Below, one piece after another: positions 54,583 through 64,000 of a stretch of DNA of 64,000 bases. Position 1 is the stretch's first letter; each line of letters starts with the position of its first letter. The position numbers were made by a program, and so were the translations under genes. The notes below the pieces were generated by a model. That model was not told where the DNA came from, did not search any database, and worked only from the letters and a program-made list of their open reading frames with translations. The stretch is from positions 1,871 to 65,870 of the forward strand of contig CAUJIK010000047.1 in NCBI GenBank assembly GCA_963205255.1. The letters are read 5' to 3'. The DNA comes from Pseudomonadota bacterium (lineage in GTDB: Bacteria; Pseudomonadota; Gammaproteobacteria; Steroidobacterales; Steroidobacteraceae).

Positions 54583-57147
54583 ATGCGCATGCAAGTAATC
54601 GAAATCTCTCCCGTCATTCCCGCCGCGTTGGGCCGCCTGCCCGAGCTTGCGGCGAACCTGTTCTACAGCTGGCATCGTCCCACGCGTGCGCTCTTCAGCG
54701 ATCTGGACCGGGCGCTGTGGCGCCAGTCGCGCAGCAACCCGCGGCTGCTGCTGCGCTGTGTGGCGCAGGAAGCGCTCGACCGCGCCGCCACCGATCCGGA
54801 CTACCTGCGGCGCTACCACGAGGCGCTGGCCTCTTTCGACGCCTACCAGTCGCAGGTCTTGCGTTCGGGCGAACCGCTGGTGGCCTATTTCTGCGCCGAG
54901 TACGGCTTCCACGAGAGCTTCCCGAATTACTCCGGCGGCCTCGGCATCCTCGCCGGCGATTACTGCAAGGCGGCCAGCGACGAGCAGCTGAACTTCGTGG
55001 CTGTGGGTCTGCTTTACCGTCAGGGCTATTTCTCGCAGGGCGTGGACAGCGACGGCGTGCAGCATGCCGGCTATGCCGATGCCGATCCGCGCGACCTGCC
55101 GGTGGAGCGCGTGCTCGACGCGGCCGGCAACTGGCTGACGGTTTCGGTGCCCGTGGGTGAGCGGCAGGTGCAGGCGCAGCTGTGGCGCGCGCAGGTGGGC
55201 CGCATCAGCGTCTATCTGCTCGACACCAATACGCCGGCCAATTCCGAGGCCGACCGCGATATCACTTTCCGTCTCTATGGCGGCGATGACGCCCATCGTC
55301 TGAAGCAGGAGCTGGTGCTGGGTGTTGGCGGCGTGCGCGCGCTGCGCGCGCTGGGTCTTGCGCCCTCCGTGTGGCATCTGAACGAAGGCCATGCCGCCTT
55401 TCTGACGCTGGAGCTGCTGCGCGAGCAGCTGGAGCAGGGGCGCAGTTTCGACACGGGCCTCGAGGCCGTGGCCGCGCAGAGCGTGTTCACCACGCACACC
55501 CCTGTGGCCGCTGGCCACGATGCCTTCCACGACAGCCTGTTCCGGGAGCATTTCTCCGGCCTGGCGCGCGCCATGGGTGTGGACATGGGGCAGTTGCTGA
55601 GGCTGGGTCGCGCGCCCGGCATCGACGACTGGTTCAACATGACGCGTCTGGCTCTCAACGGCACGCGTCGCGTCAACGGCGTGAGCCGCATTCATGGCGG
55701 CGTGTCCTCGCAGCTGTGCGCCGATCACTGGCCGGAGGTTCCGCCGCTGGAGAATCCGGTGGGCTATGTCACCAATGGCGTGCATGTGCCGACCTTCCTT
55801 TCCTCGGTCTGGCATCCGTATCTCGATGAGCACCTGCCGCAGTGGCGCGAACGCTGCAGCGATGCGCAGTACTGGCAGGGGCTGGATCACGCGGCCGACG
55901 CGCCCTTCTGGCGCGTGGCGCAGGACGCCAAGTCGCGCATGCTGGCCGGCGTGCGCGCGCGGCTGCAGCGCGAATACCGGCGCAAGGGGCTGGCCACGGC
56001 GCAACTGCGCCATATCTGCCGCTACCTGGATCCGGCCAACCCCGATGTGCTCACCATCGGTTTCGCGCGGCGCTTTGCCACCTACAAGCGCGCCTCGCTG
56101 ATCATGCGCGACCGGCAGCGCCTGCTGAGGCTGGTTGGCAACTCCGATCGGCCGATACTGTTCCTGTTTGCCGGCAAGGCCCATCCGGCCGACCAGCCCG
56201 GGCAGCAGATACTGCGCGAGATCAAGCAGGCGATGCTCACGCCGGAGCTGGCGGGCCGCGTGGTGTTCCTCGAGGATTACGACATCCAGCTGGCGCGCTG
56301 GCTGGTCACCGGCGTCGACGTCTGGCTCAACAATCCCATCGCGCCGCTGGAGGCCAGCGGCACCTCGGGCATCAAGGCGGCCATCAACGGGCGGCTCAAT
56401 CTTTCGATCCTTGACGGTTGGTGGGCCGAAGCCTGGGATGGCGACAATGGCTGGGGTCTGCCTGGCGCCACGGTGCATGATCCGGGTCGCCGCGACGAGC
56501 TCGATGCCGAGATGGTGCTCGATGCCATCGAGGAAGAAGCCGTGCCGCTGTACTACGCGCGCAACCAGGATGGCCTGTCGCCCGACTGGGTGCGCCGCAG
56601 CCGGCATGCCATGGCTTCGGTGATGCCGCGCTTCAACATGCAGCGCATGATCTGCGACTACTCGCGCGGCATGTACGACCCGGCCGCGAAACAGGGCGCG
56701 CTGCTGGCGCGGGACAACGGTGCGCGCGCCGCGGAGCTTGCGGCCTGGAAGCACAAGGTGCGCGAGCGCTGGCGGGGTGTGCGCATCCTCTCGGTCACCG
56801 ACCAGCCGCGCGAGCCCGGCGTCGGCGCGCCGCTGCGCATGCAGGTCAGCGTGCATGTCGACGGTCTTTCGCCGTCGGACCTGCGCGTGGAATTCAAGGC
56901 GCGGCGCCTGCTGCCCGAAGCTTCCTTCGATCTGGCGCCATTGTCCTCGTTCGGCCATCCGGTGCCGCAGGGGCAATGGCGCGCGGAGTTCACGGCTACC
57001 GGAAGCGCGGCGCCCGATGGCGGCGTGCTCTACGAAGTGGCTGCGGTGCCGCCGCTGGCGGGGCAATATCAGCTGGAGGTGCGCGTGTATCCGTGGCACG
57101 AGCTGCTCTCGCATCCGCTTGAAATGGGGCTCATGAAGACGTTGTAG
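54583..57147 (+). CDS. glgP: Alpha-glucan phosphorylase (GT35, 'alpha-glucan family' type with a DUF3417 N-terminus)
   Basis: This is the C-terminal part of ORF 54214..57147, starting at ATG 54583 or 54589. Motifs: YFCAEYGFHESFPNYSGGLGILAGD and the PLP-Lys region EASGTSGIKAAINGRLNLSILDGWW. Confidence 0.9.
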   Translation: MRMQVIEISPVIPAALGRLPELAANLFYSWHRPTRALFSDLDRALWRQSRSNPRLLLRCVAQEALDRAATDPDYLRRYHEALASFDAYQSQVLRSGEPLVAYFCAEYGFHESFPNYSGGLGILAGDYCKAASDEQLNFVAVGLLYRQGYFSQGVDSDGVQHAGYADADPRDLPVERVLDAAGNWLTVSVPVGERQVQAQLWRAQVGRISVYLLDTNTPANSEADRDITFRLYGGDDAHRLKQELVLGVGGVRALRALGLAPSVWHLNEGHAAFLTLELLREQLEQGRSFDTGLEAVAAQSVFTTHTPVAAGHDAFHDSLFREHFSGLARAMGVDMGQLLRLGRAPGIDDWFNMTRLALNGTRRVNGVSRIHGGVSSQLCADHWPEVPPLENPVGYVTNGVHVPTFLSSVWHPYLDEHLPQWRERCSDAQYWQGLDHAADAPFWRVAQDAKSRMLAGVRARLQREYRRKGLATAQLRHICRYLDPANPDVLTIGFARRFATYKRASLIMRDRQRLLRLVGNSDRPILFLFAGKAHPADQPGQQILREIKQAMLTPELAGRVVFLEDYDIQLARWLVTGVDVWLNNPIAPLEASGTSGIKAAINGRLNLSILDGWWAEAWDGDNGWGLPGATVHDPGRRDELDAEMVLDAIEEEAVPLYYARNQDGLSPDWVRRSRHAMASVMPRFNMQRMICDYSRGMYDPAAKQGALLARDNGARAAELAAWKHKVRERWRGVRILSVTDQPREPGVGAPLRMQVSVHVDGLSPSDLRVEFKARRLLPEASFDLAPLSSFGHPVPQGQWRAEFTATGSAAPDGGVLYEVAAVPPLAGQYQLEVRVYPWHELLSHPLEMGLMKTL

Positions 57148-57173
57148 TTCCCTTGAGATGGAGGTCGATTCCC

Positions 57174-57876
57174 ATGAACCGTCGCGACATTCTTGCCATG
57201 TCTCTGGCCTCATCGGCCTTCTTCAGCATCGCTCGGGCGGCAGAGCGGGCGAGGCCCAGGATCGGCCTGATCGGCTCGGGCAATGTGGGCGGCAATCTGG
57301 GCCGCGTCTGGGCTGCCGCCGGCTACCAGGTCATGTTCTCGTCGCGCGACCTCGAGGGGGATCGCCGGCTCGCCGCCGATGCGGGAGCCAATGCCAGTGC
57401 CGGCACGCCGCAGGAAGCGGCGGCTTTTGGCGACGTGCTGGTGTTCGCGGTGCCTTACGGAGCGCTGCCTGAACTGGGGCAGTCCCTGGGCAGCGCGCTG
57501 CGCAACAAGATCGTCATCGATGCCTGCAACCCCTTCCCGCAGCGTGACGGCGAGATCGCGAACGAAGCGCGCGCAGGGTGCGGGTCTGGTGTCGGCGCGG
57601 CTGTTGCCTGGCGCGCGCATCGTGCGCGCCTTCAATGCCGTGGGCGCCGCGCGCATGGGCGCTGTCCACCAGACGCCGGGGCAGGTAGGCATGCCGATGG
57701 CCGGTGATGATGCCCAGGCCATCGAGGTTGCTTCAGGGCTGATCCGCGACATCGGCTTCGAGCCCGTGCTGGTGGGCGGGGTCGACATGGGCAGGTACCT
57801 GATGCCGGGCACGCCGCTGGCGGGTGAGCACACTCCTGGGGAGATCCGCCGTATCGCGGCGACCCTCAGCCCCTGA
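57174..57876 (+). pseudogene. Tat-signal NAD(P)-binding oxidoreductase (F420-dependent NADP reductase/ProC-like fold) split by a frameshift near 57566-57575
   Basis: The N-terminal half lies in the frame of ORF 57153..57707 (MNRRDILAMSLASSAFFSIARA, then IGLIGSGNVGGNLG). The C-terminal half lies in the frame of ORF 57283..57876 (GLVSARLLPGARIVRAFNAV...MAGDDAQAIEVASGLIRDIGFEPV). The junction is at a (GC)4 run. Confidence 0.7.
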
Positions 57877-57897
57877 CAAGCGATCTGTCCGCGGTGG

Positions 57898-60069
57898 CTA
57901 TCCGGTCTTGACGAGAATGACGCCCGCCAGTGGCGGCAAATCGAGCGTGATCGAACAGGGCAGTCCGTGCAGCGGTTCATGCGCGGCCTCGACACGGGCC
58001 GCGCCGAGATTCGCGCCGCCATAGTGATCCGAGTCGGAGTTGAGCAGCACCTCATACATGCCCGGCTCCGGCACGCCGATGCGATGCCCGGGCCGCGGCT
58101 GCGGCGTGAAATTCAGCGCCACGACAGCGGCGTGGCCGTCGGCGCGGCGCAGGTAAGCCAGCGTGGAGTGCTGCTCATCGTTGCAGTCGATCCACTGGAA
58201 GCCCTGCGGCTCGAATTCATAGCGGTGAAATGCCGGGTGCGATACGTACAGGCGGTTCAGATCGCTCACCAGCTGCAGCACGCCGCGGTGCTCGGCATGT
58301 TCGAGCAGGAACCAGGGCAGCGCCACATGGAAATCCCATTCCCATGGATGCCCAAATTCCCCGCCCATGAACAGCAGCTTCTTGCCGGGCATGGTCCACA
58401 TGTAGACATACAGCAGCCGCAGGTTCGCCATCTGCTGCCAGCGGTCGCCGGGCATGCGGCCCAGCAGCGAGCTCTTCAGGTGCACCACTTCGTCATGTGA
58501 CAGCGGCAGGATGAAGTTCTCGCTGAAGGCATACATCATGCCGAAGGTCAGCTTGTTCTGGTGGTGGCGGCGGTAGATCGGGTCTTCCTTGAAGTACGAC
58601 AGCGTGTCGTGCATCCAGCCCATGTTCCATTTCATCGAGAAGCCCAGGCCGCCCATGTCGGGCGGGCGGCTCACCATGGGCCAGTCGGTGGATTCCTCGG
58701 CCATGATCACGGTGCCCGGCGAACGCGAGTGCGTGAGGTGGTTCAGTTGCCGCAGGAACTCGATGGCCTCGAGGTTCTCGCGCCCGCCGTGGCGGTTGGG
58801 CACGAAGTTGCCGCCGCGCGCGAAATCCAGGTACAGCATCGACGCCACCGCGTCCACGCGCAGGCCGTCGAAATGGAATTCCTCCAGCCAGTAGCAGGCC
58901 GAGGACAGCAGGAAGGCGCGCACCTCGTGCCGATCGTAGTTGAAGATGTAGGTGCCCCAGTCCTGGTGCTCGCCCTTGCGCGGGTCGGCGTATTCATAGA
59001 GCGCCGTGCCATCGAAGCGCGCCAGTCCATGCGCGTCGCGCGGGAAATGCGCCGGCACCCAGTCCAGCAGCACGCCGATGCCGGCGCGGTGGGCGCTGTC
59101 GATGAAAGCCTTCAGATCGTCGGGCGAACCGAAGCGGCTGGTCGGCGCGAAGTAGCCCGTGGTCTGGTAGCCCCATGAATCGTCGAGCGGATGCTCGGTG
59201 ATGGGCAGAAATTCGATGTGTGTGTAGCCCAGGCGCTGCACATAGGGGATGAGCTGGTCGGCCAGTTCCTTCCAGGTGAGGAAGCCGCCGTCCTCGTGGC
59301 GCTGCCAGGACCCGATATGCACCTCGTAGATGGACATGGGCGCATGCAGCCAGTCGCGTTCGCGCCGTGCCTGCATCCACGATTCGTCCTGCCAGGGATA
59401 AGGAGCGTCGGTGGTGACGATGGAGGCCGTGGCCGGGCGCAGCTCCATGGCGCGGGCGTAAGGGTCGGTCTTTACCTCGACGCTGCCGGTGACGTGGCTG
59501 CGGATCTCGAATTTGTACAACTCGCCCACGGCAAGGCCAGGCACGAACAGTTCCCACACGCCACTGCTGCCCAGCACGCGCATGGGCAGGCGCCGGCCGT
59601 CCCAGTCGCAGAACGGGCCGACCACGCTGACGCGCTCGGCATTGGGCGCCCACACGGCGAAGCGGATGCCGGCAACGCCATCGAAAGTGGCGGCATGCGC
59701 GCCCAGCATGCGCCAGGCGTCGGCGTGGCCGCCGCTGGCGAACAACGCCAGGTCGGCTTCCGACAACGTGGGGGTGAAACTGTAGGGGTCGGCGCGCCGG
59801 TGCTGGCGGCCGCGATCGTCCTCCCACTTCAGCACCGGATGCCAGGGCTGCGGTTGCCGGGCCAGTTCCGCGTGGAAGAAATCCGTCTGCCCCATGCGCG
59901 AGAGCACGGGACCGCCTTCCAGTATCGCCGACCGGGTACCGGGAAGATAGGCCGTCACGACAGTTGCCATAGCAGTGTCATGCGGCCCCAGCAGGCTGTG
60001 CGGATTGTGATGCATGCCTGCTGCGAGGCGAGTCAGTTCTGGGTGCACTGTGGTTAATATAGCCGTCAT
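57898..60069 (-). CDS. glgB: 1,4-alpha-glucan branching enzyme (GH13)
   Basis: [16 protein letters not shown] is the N-terminal signature. Also present are [30 protein letters not shown] and [12 protein letters not shown]. An alternative GTG start lies at 60048. Confidence 0.95.
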   Translation of the reverse strand: MTAILTTVHPELTRLAAGMHHNPHSLLGPHDTAMATVVTAYLPGTRSAILEGGPVLSRMGQTDFFHAELARQPQPWHPVLKWEDDRGRQHRRADPYSFTPTLSEADLALFASGGHADAWRMLGAHAATFDGVAGIRFAVWAPNAERVSVVGPFCDWDGRRLPMRVLGSSGVWELFVPGLAVGELYKFEIRSHVTGSVEVKTDPYARAMELRPATASIVTTDAPYPWQDESWMQARRERDWLHAPMSIYEVHIGSWQRHEDGGFLTWKELADQLIPYVQRLGYTHIEFLPITEHPLDDSWGYQTTGYFAPTSRFGSPDDLKAFIDSAHRAGIGVLLDWVPAHFPRDAHGLARFDGTALYEYADPRKGEHQDWGTYIFNYDRHEVRAFLLSSACYWLEEFHFDGLRVDAVASMLYLDFARGGNFVPNRHGGRENLEAIEFLRQLNHLTHSRSPGTVIMAEESTDWPMVSRPPDMGGLGFSMKWNMGWMHDTLSYFKEDPIYRRHHQNKLTFGMMYAFSENFILPLSHDEVVHLKSSLLGRMPGDRWQQMANLRLLYVYMWTMPGKKLLFMGGEFGHPWEWDFHVALPWFLLEHAEHRGVLQLVSDLNRLYVSHPAFHRYEFEPQGFQWIDCNDEQHSTLAYLRRADGHAAVVALNFTPQPRPGHRIGVPEPGMYEVLLNSDSDHYGGANLGAARVEAAHEPLHGLPCSITLDLPPLAGVILVKTG

Positions 60070-61345
60070 GGCGAAAGTTTCCCGAAAATCCGGTGACCGC
60101 TATGTGAGCCGTCTCACCGGAGGCACGCTGGCGATGATCATGGCCGGCGGTCGCGGCGAACGGTTGCGTGGCCTCACCGAGCAGCGCTGCAAACCCGCCA
60201 CCCCATTCGGCGGCAAGTTCCGCATCGTGGATTTCGTGCTTTCCAACTGCGTGAACTCGGGGATTCGCAAGATCGCGCTGCTCACGCAATACAAGGGACA
60301 GTCGCTGATCCAGCACGTGCAGCGCGGCTGGAGCTACCTGCGTGGCGAGTTCGGCGAGTTCATCGACGTGATTCCGGCGCAGCAGCAGATCGGCAAGCAC
60401 TGGTACCGCGGCACGGCCGACTGCGTTTACCAGAATCTCGACTATCTGCGGCAGCACCGTCCGACCCATGTGCTGGTACTGGCCGGGGATCACATCTACA
60501 AGATGGACTACGGTCCGATGATCGCCTATCACGTGGAAAAGGGCGCGGACATCACCGTCGGTGTGGTCGAGGTGCCGGTCAACGACGCGCGCGAGTTCGG
60601 CGTGCTGTCGGTGCTGGATTCGAACCGCGTGACCAAGTTCACCGAGAAGCCGCGCGAGCCGGAGCCCATGCCGGGCCGTAAAGATGTGGCGCTGGCGTCC
60701 ATGGGCATATATGTCTTCAACGCCAGGCTTCTCGAGCAATTGTTGTCCGAGGATGCGATCGACGAATCCTCCGGCCATGATTTCGGCAAGAATGTCATCC
60801 CCAAGGCTCTCGAGAGCCTGCAGGTGTTCGCCTATCCGTTCCGCAATGCGCGTACCAGCGCGCAGGACTACTGGCGCGACGTGGGAACGGTGGATGCTTT
60901 TTACGAAGCCAACCTCGAATTGGTGCATGTGTCGCCGGAACTCAATGTCTATGACGAGGAATGGCCCATCTGGACCTACCAGGTACAGCAGCCGCCGGCG
61001 AAGTTCGTGCTCGACGACGGCGATCGCGTGGGCATGGCGGTAAATTCGCTGGTGGCGGGCGGCTGCATCATCTCCGGCGCCGTGGTGCGCGAATCGCTGC
61101 TGTTCTCGCAGGTGCGCGTCGAGGAGCGCTCGGTGATTGAATCTTCGGTGATCATGCCCGGTGTGCATGTGGGCAAGGGCTGCACCATCCGCCGCGCCAT
61201 CATCGACGAGCATTGCGACATTCCCGATGGCACGCAGATCGGTGTCGACCCGGAAGCCGACCGGGAGCGTTTCGATGTCACGCCCCGGGGCGTGGCGCTG
61301 GTCACGCCGCAGGCATTGATGGCCGCGACCATCGTTCGTGCCTGA
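60068..61345 (+). CDS. glgC: Glucose-1-phosphate adenylyltransferase
   Basis: ORF 60014..61345, with the start at ATG 60068. Motifs: [55 protein letters not shown] and [12 protein letters not shown]. Confidence 0.95.
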   Translation: MAKVSRKSGDRYVSRLTGGTLAMIMAGGRGERLRGLTEQRCKPATPFGGKFRIVDFVLSNCVNSGIRKIALLTQYKGQSLIQHVQRGWSYLRGEFGEFIDVIPAQQQIGKHWYRGTADCVYQNLDYLRQHRPTHVLVLAGDHIYKMDYGPMIAYHVEKGADITVGVVEVPVNDAREFGVLSVLDSNRVTKFTEKPREPEPMPGRKDVALASMGIYVFNARLLEQLLSEDAIDESSGHDFGKNVIPKALESLQVFAYPFRNARTSAQDYWRDVGTVDAFYEANLELVHVSPELNVYDEEWPIWTYQVQQPPAKFVLDDGDRVGMAVNSLVAGGCIISGAVVRESLLFSQVRVEERSVIESSVIMPGVHVGKGCTIRRAIIDEHCDIPDGTQIGVDPEADRERFDVTPRGVALVTPQALMAATIVRA

Positions 61346-63074
61346 TCCGGCAGGAGCGCAATTGACCGACGTCCGCCTGCCAGTGGTGTTCCTCTGGCAC
61401 ATGCATCAGCCGCCCTACCGCGATGCGCTGTCGGGGCGCTATATCCTGCCCTGGACCTACCTGCACGCCATCAAGGACTACACCGACATGGCCGCGCACC
61501 TCGAAGCGCAGCCGGGCGCGCGCGTGGTGGTGAATTTCACGCCGGTGCTGATCGAGCAGCTCGAGGAGCTCGATGCGCGCGTGTGCGAGAGCCTCGCGGG
61601 CGGCAGGGCGCCGCCGGATGCGCTGCTCGCCACACTGACGGAGCGGCCGCTGCCTGCGGACGGCGCTGAACGGCTCACTCTGCTGCGCGCCTGTCTCAAG
61701 GCCGGGCCGCATCTGGTGGAACGCTATCCGCCATTCCGCCAGCTCGCCGCCATTGCGGCGACGGTGAGCGAGCCCGAAGTCATCGGCTATGCTTCCGATT
61801 CGCTGCTGCATGATCTGTCCGTCTGGTATCACCTCGCCTGGCTGGGTGAGTCCGTGCGTCGCAGCGATGCACGCGTGGCCGCGCTCGTCGCCAGGGAGCG
61901 CGGCTTCAGCGCCGCGGACCGCCGGATGCTGCTGGAACTGATCGGCGAATTGCTCTCCGGCATACTGCCGCGCTACCGCCGGCTTGCGGATGAGGGGCGC
62001 TGTGAGCTCGCGGTCTCTCCCTACAGCCACCCCATACTGCCGCTGCTGCTGGATTTCGGCGCCGCGCGCGAATCCGAGCCGCATGCACCGCTGCCTGAGC
62101 ACGCGGCCTATCCCGGCGGCGCGCAGCGCGCGGCCTGGCACATGGATGAGGCCGTGCGCTGCTTCGAGCGCGTGTTCGGCCGCCGGCCGCGCGGCTGCTG
62201 GCCTTCAGAAGGCGCGATCAGCAACGCGGCTGTGCGTGCAATCGACGCGGCGGACTTCGACTGGTTCGCCACCAGCGCCAGTGTGCTGCGCGGCTCGCTG
62301 GAAAAATCCGGGGTGGTCATTGCCGAGGAGGAGGAGGCGCAGGAGCGGCAGCTCAATCGCGCTCATGGAATGCCGGGCTGCCGTGTCGCCGGTTTCTTCC
62401 GCCAGGAGATGCTCTCGGATCTCATCGGCTTCACCTACTCGAAATGGCATGGCGATGATGCCGCGGCGCATTTCATCGGTGAGCTGGAAGGCATCGAGGC
62501 GCGCACGCGCGGCGAGCCGGAGCGGGTGCTGCTGGTGGCGCTGGATGGCGAGAACGCCTGGGAGCACTACCCCTTCAACGGGCACTATTTCCTCAGTGCC
62601 CTGTATGCGACGCTTGCTGAGCATCCGGCGCTGCGCATGGCGACGCTGTCGGAGGTGGTGGACGAGCAGCGCGCCGCGCAGCGGGTGCCCGCCTCGCTGC
62701 CGCAGGTGCGTGCCGGCAGCTGGGTGTATGGCACGCTGTCGACCTGGATGGGCGACGCCAACAAGAACCGTGGCTGGGATCTGCTCTGCGAGGCCAAGCT
62801 GGCCTTCGACGAGGCGGTGGCGTCGGGCCGCCTTGCGGGCAGCGCTCTGGATCGCGCCACGCGCCAGCTCGCCGCCTGCGAAGCCTCGGACTGGTTCTGG
62901 TGGTTCGGGGACTACAACCCCGCCGGCGCCGTGCGCGATTTCGATGAGCTGTACCGCCATCAGCTCGCCAGCCTCTATCGCGCTCTGGATATCGTGCCGC
63001 CGGCCGTGCTGGAAGAGCCCATCAGCATCGGTCGTGGTGATCCCGAAGGCGGCGGCGCCATGCGTCGCGCGTAA
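61338..63074 (+). CDS. Glycoside hydrolase family 57 protein
   Basis: VVFLWHMHQPPYRD, CWPSEGAIS (nucleophile region) and ALDGENAWEHYP. The start overlaps the glgC stop; a TTG 21 nt downstream is an alternative start. Confidence 0.85.
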   Translation: MPDPAGAQLTDVRLPVVFLWHMHQPPYRDALSGRYILPWTYLHAIKDYTDMAAHLEAQPGARVVVNFTPVLIEQLEELDARVCESLAGGRAPPDALLATLTERPLPADGAERLTLLRACLKAGPHLVERYPPFRQLAAIAATVSEPEVIGYASDSLLHDLSVWYHLAWLGESVRRSDARVAALVARERGFSAADRRMLLELIGELLSGILPRYRRLADEGRCELAVSPYSHPILPLLLDFGAARESEPHAPLPEHAAYPGGAQRAAWHMDEAVRCFERVFGRRPRGCWPSEGAISNAAVRAIDAADFDWFATSASVLRGSLEKSGVVIAEEEEAQERQLNRAHGMPGCRVAGFFRQEMLSDLIGFTYSKWHGDDAAAHFIGELEGIEARTRGEPERVLLVALDGENAWEHYPFNGHYFLSALYATLAEHPALRMATLSEVVDEQRAAQRVPASLPQVRAGSWVYGTLSTWMGDANKNRGWDLLCEAKLAFDEAVASGRLAGSALDRATRQLAACEASDWFWWFGDYNPAGAVRDFDELYRHQLASLYRALDIVPPAVLEEPISIGRGDPEGGGAMRRA

Positions 63075-63076
63075 AC

Positions 63077-64000
63077 ATGGCCGGACGTATCCTCTCGCGT
63101 CGCCGCGCCGGTGTACTGCTGCCTGTTTCGGCACTGTGGCACGAAGGTCGGGGAGCAATGGGCGATACGGCCCTGCGTTTCATCGACTGGCTCGCCGACG
63201 CCGGTTTCTCTCTGTGGCAGGTGTTGCCGCTGGTGCCGGTGGGCGAGGCAGGCTCTCCCTACTGGTCGCGCGCGGATCGCGCCGGCGAACCCTCCCTCAT
63301 CGATCCGCGTGAGCTGGATCCTGGCAATGACGCCGACATGGCGGCCTTTCGCGCGGCGGCGGCCTCCTGGCTGGAAGACTATGCGCTGTTCGAGGCATTG
63401 AGCCGCGAACAACAGGGCGCGCCCTGGTGGCGGTGGCCGGCGCCGCTGCGCGACCGCGATCCCGCGGCGCTGGCCGCGGCGGCACTGCGACACCGGGAAG
63501 AGATCGATCGCATCGTGCGCGTGCAGTGGCGTTTCGATGCGCAGTGGCGCCGGCTGCGCGAACATGCGCAGGCCCGCGGCATTGCGCTGTTCGGTGATCT
63601 GCCCATCTATGTGGCGCCTGATTCGGTGACCACCTGGTCCGAACCGGCGCAGTTCGTGCTCGATGCGCAGGGCCGGCCCGATCCGGTTGCCGGCGTGCCG
63701 CCCGACTACTTCGCCGAGGACGGCCAGCTGTGGGGCAACCCGGTGTACGACTGGCCGCGGCATGAGCGCGACGGCTTTGCATTCTGGGTCAGGCGCCTGC
63801 GTCTGCAGGCCGAGCGCTTCGATCTGCTGCGCATCGATCATTTCCGCGGGCTGGCCGCGTTCTGGGCCGTGCCTGCGGCGGCGCCCACCGCGCGTGGCGG
63901 GCAGTGGGTCAGCGCGCCCGGCCATGCCCTGCTGCAACGGGTCACGGCGCAACTTCCGCAACTGGAACTGGTGGCCGAGGACCTGGGCGTGATCACCCCC
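63077..64000 (+). CDS. malQ: 4-alpha-glucanotransferase (amylomaltase, GH77), truncated at its 3' end by the window edge
   Basis: This ORF is absent from the supplied track because it has no stop within the window. My hand translation from ATG 63077 gives 308 open codons containing GVLLPVSAL, FGDLPIYVAPDS, GQLWGNPVYDW, LRIDHFRGL and VAEDLGVITP. Confidence 0.9.
   Translation, partial: MAGRILSRRRAGVLLPVSALWHEGRGAMGDTALRFIDWLADAGFSLWQVLPLVPVGEAGSPYWSRADRAGEPSLIDPRELDPGNDADMAAFRAAAASWLEDYALFEALSREQQGAPWWRWPAPLRDRDPAALAAAALRHREEIDRIVRVQWRFDAQWRRLREHAQARGIALFGDLPIYVAPDSVTTWSEPAQFVLDAQGRPDPVAGVPPDYFAEDGQLWGNPVYDWPRHERDGFAFWVRRLRLQAERFDLLRIDHFRGLAAFWAVPAAAPTARGGQWVSAPGHALLQRVTAQLPQLELVAEDLGVITP

Noticed and set aside
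54304-57213. A 969-aa minus-strand ORF opposite glgP. Similar long antisense ORFs lie at 30654..32207, 47050..48636, 52823..54598, 39385..40821, 45266..46657 and 59978..61402.
   Set aside because: All are antisense to genes with strong family motifs, and none shows recognisable domains. I treat them as non-coding.

Overview
GC-rich bacterial chromosomal segment; third codon positions are almost always G/C. My guess is a Xanthomonadales/Nevskiales-like gammaproteobacterium, based on a MopB-type OmpA, the large TonB-dependent receptors and the imelysin cluster. I cannot verify that here. All protein calls come from reading motifs in the supplied translations, since no search was possible.

I support about 48 protein genes and one tRNA-Phe. 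I found no rRNA, CRISPR array, integrase, transposase or phage genes.

Gene order, left to right:
- GloVer-repeat surface protein (5'-partial) and a MetF-like gene.
- RND efflux operon (adaptor, pump, outer-membrane factor), followed by an orphan NarL-type regulator, AsmA, mutY and yggX.
- tRNA-Phe and an SRPBCC protein.
- Copper module: copA-cueR plus a convergent copZ, each preceded by a 19-bp-spacer MerR/CueR-type promoter.
- Fur-box catecholate-type TonB receptor with a coupled Sel1 protein.
- SYLF protein, esterase, ribA.
- OmpR-type two-component pair, ABC-F ATPase, PCu(A)C, yciH.
- Two tandem membrane-PAS-GGDEF-EAL paralogs; the second is cut by an in-frame amber codon.
- MATE pump, CNNM/TlyC protein, fbp.
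- A roughly 15-kb run of ten minus-strand genes: TonB receptor, TPR-sulfotransferase, TPR-Asp/Asn beta-hydroxylase, Fur box, imelysin, di-haem oxidoreductase, imelysin, DUF1513, and a Fe(3+)-type ABC importer.
- Hypothetical secreted protein, OmpA with a 19-proline hinge, and an M14 peptidase-lipoprotein-DUF192 triad.
- Glycogen cluster: glgP, a frameshifted Tat-signal NAD(P) oxidoreductase, glgB, glgC, GH57, and malQ (3'-partial).

Best candidates for uncharacterised biology:
1. The coupled TPR-sulfotransferase / TPR-hydroxylase pair.
2. The imelysin/di-haem/DUF1513 module fused to an ABC importer.

The many long ORFs antisense to real genes are high-GC artefacts and are rejected.
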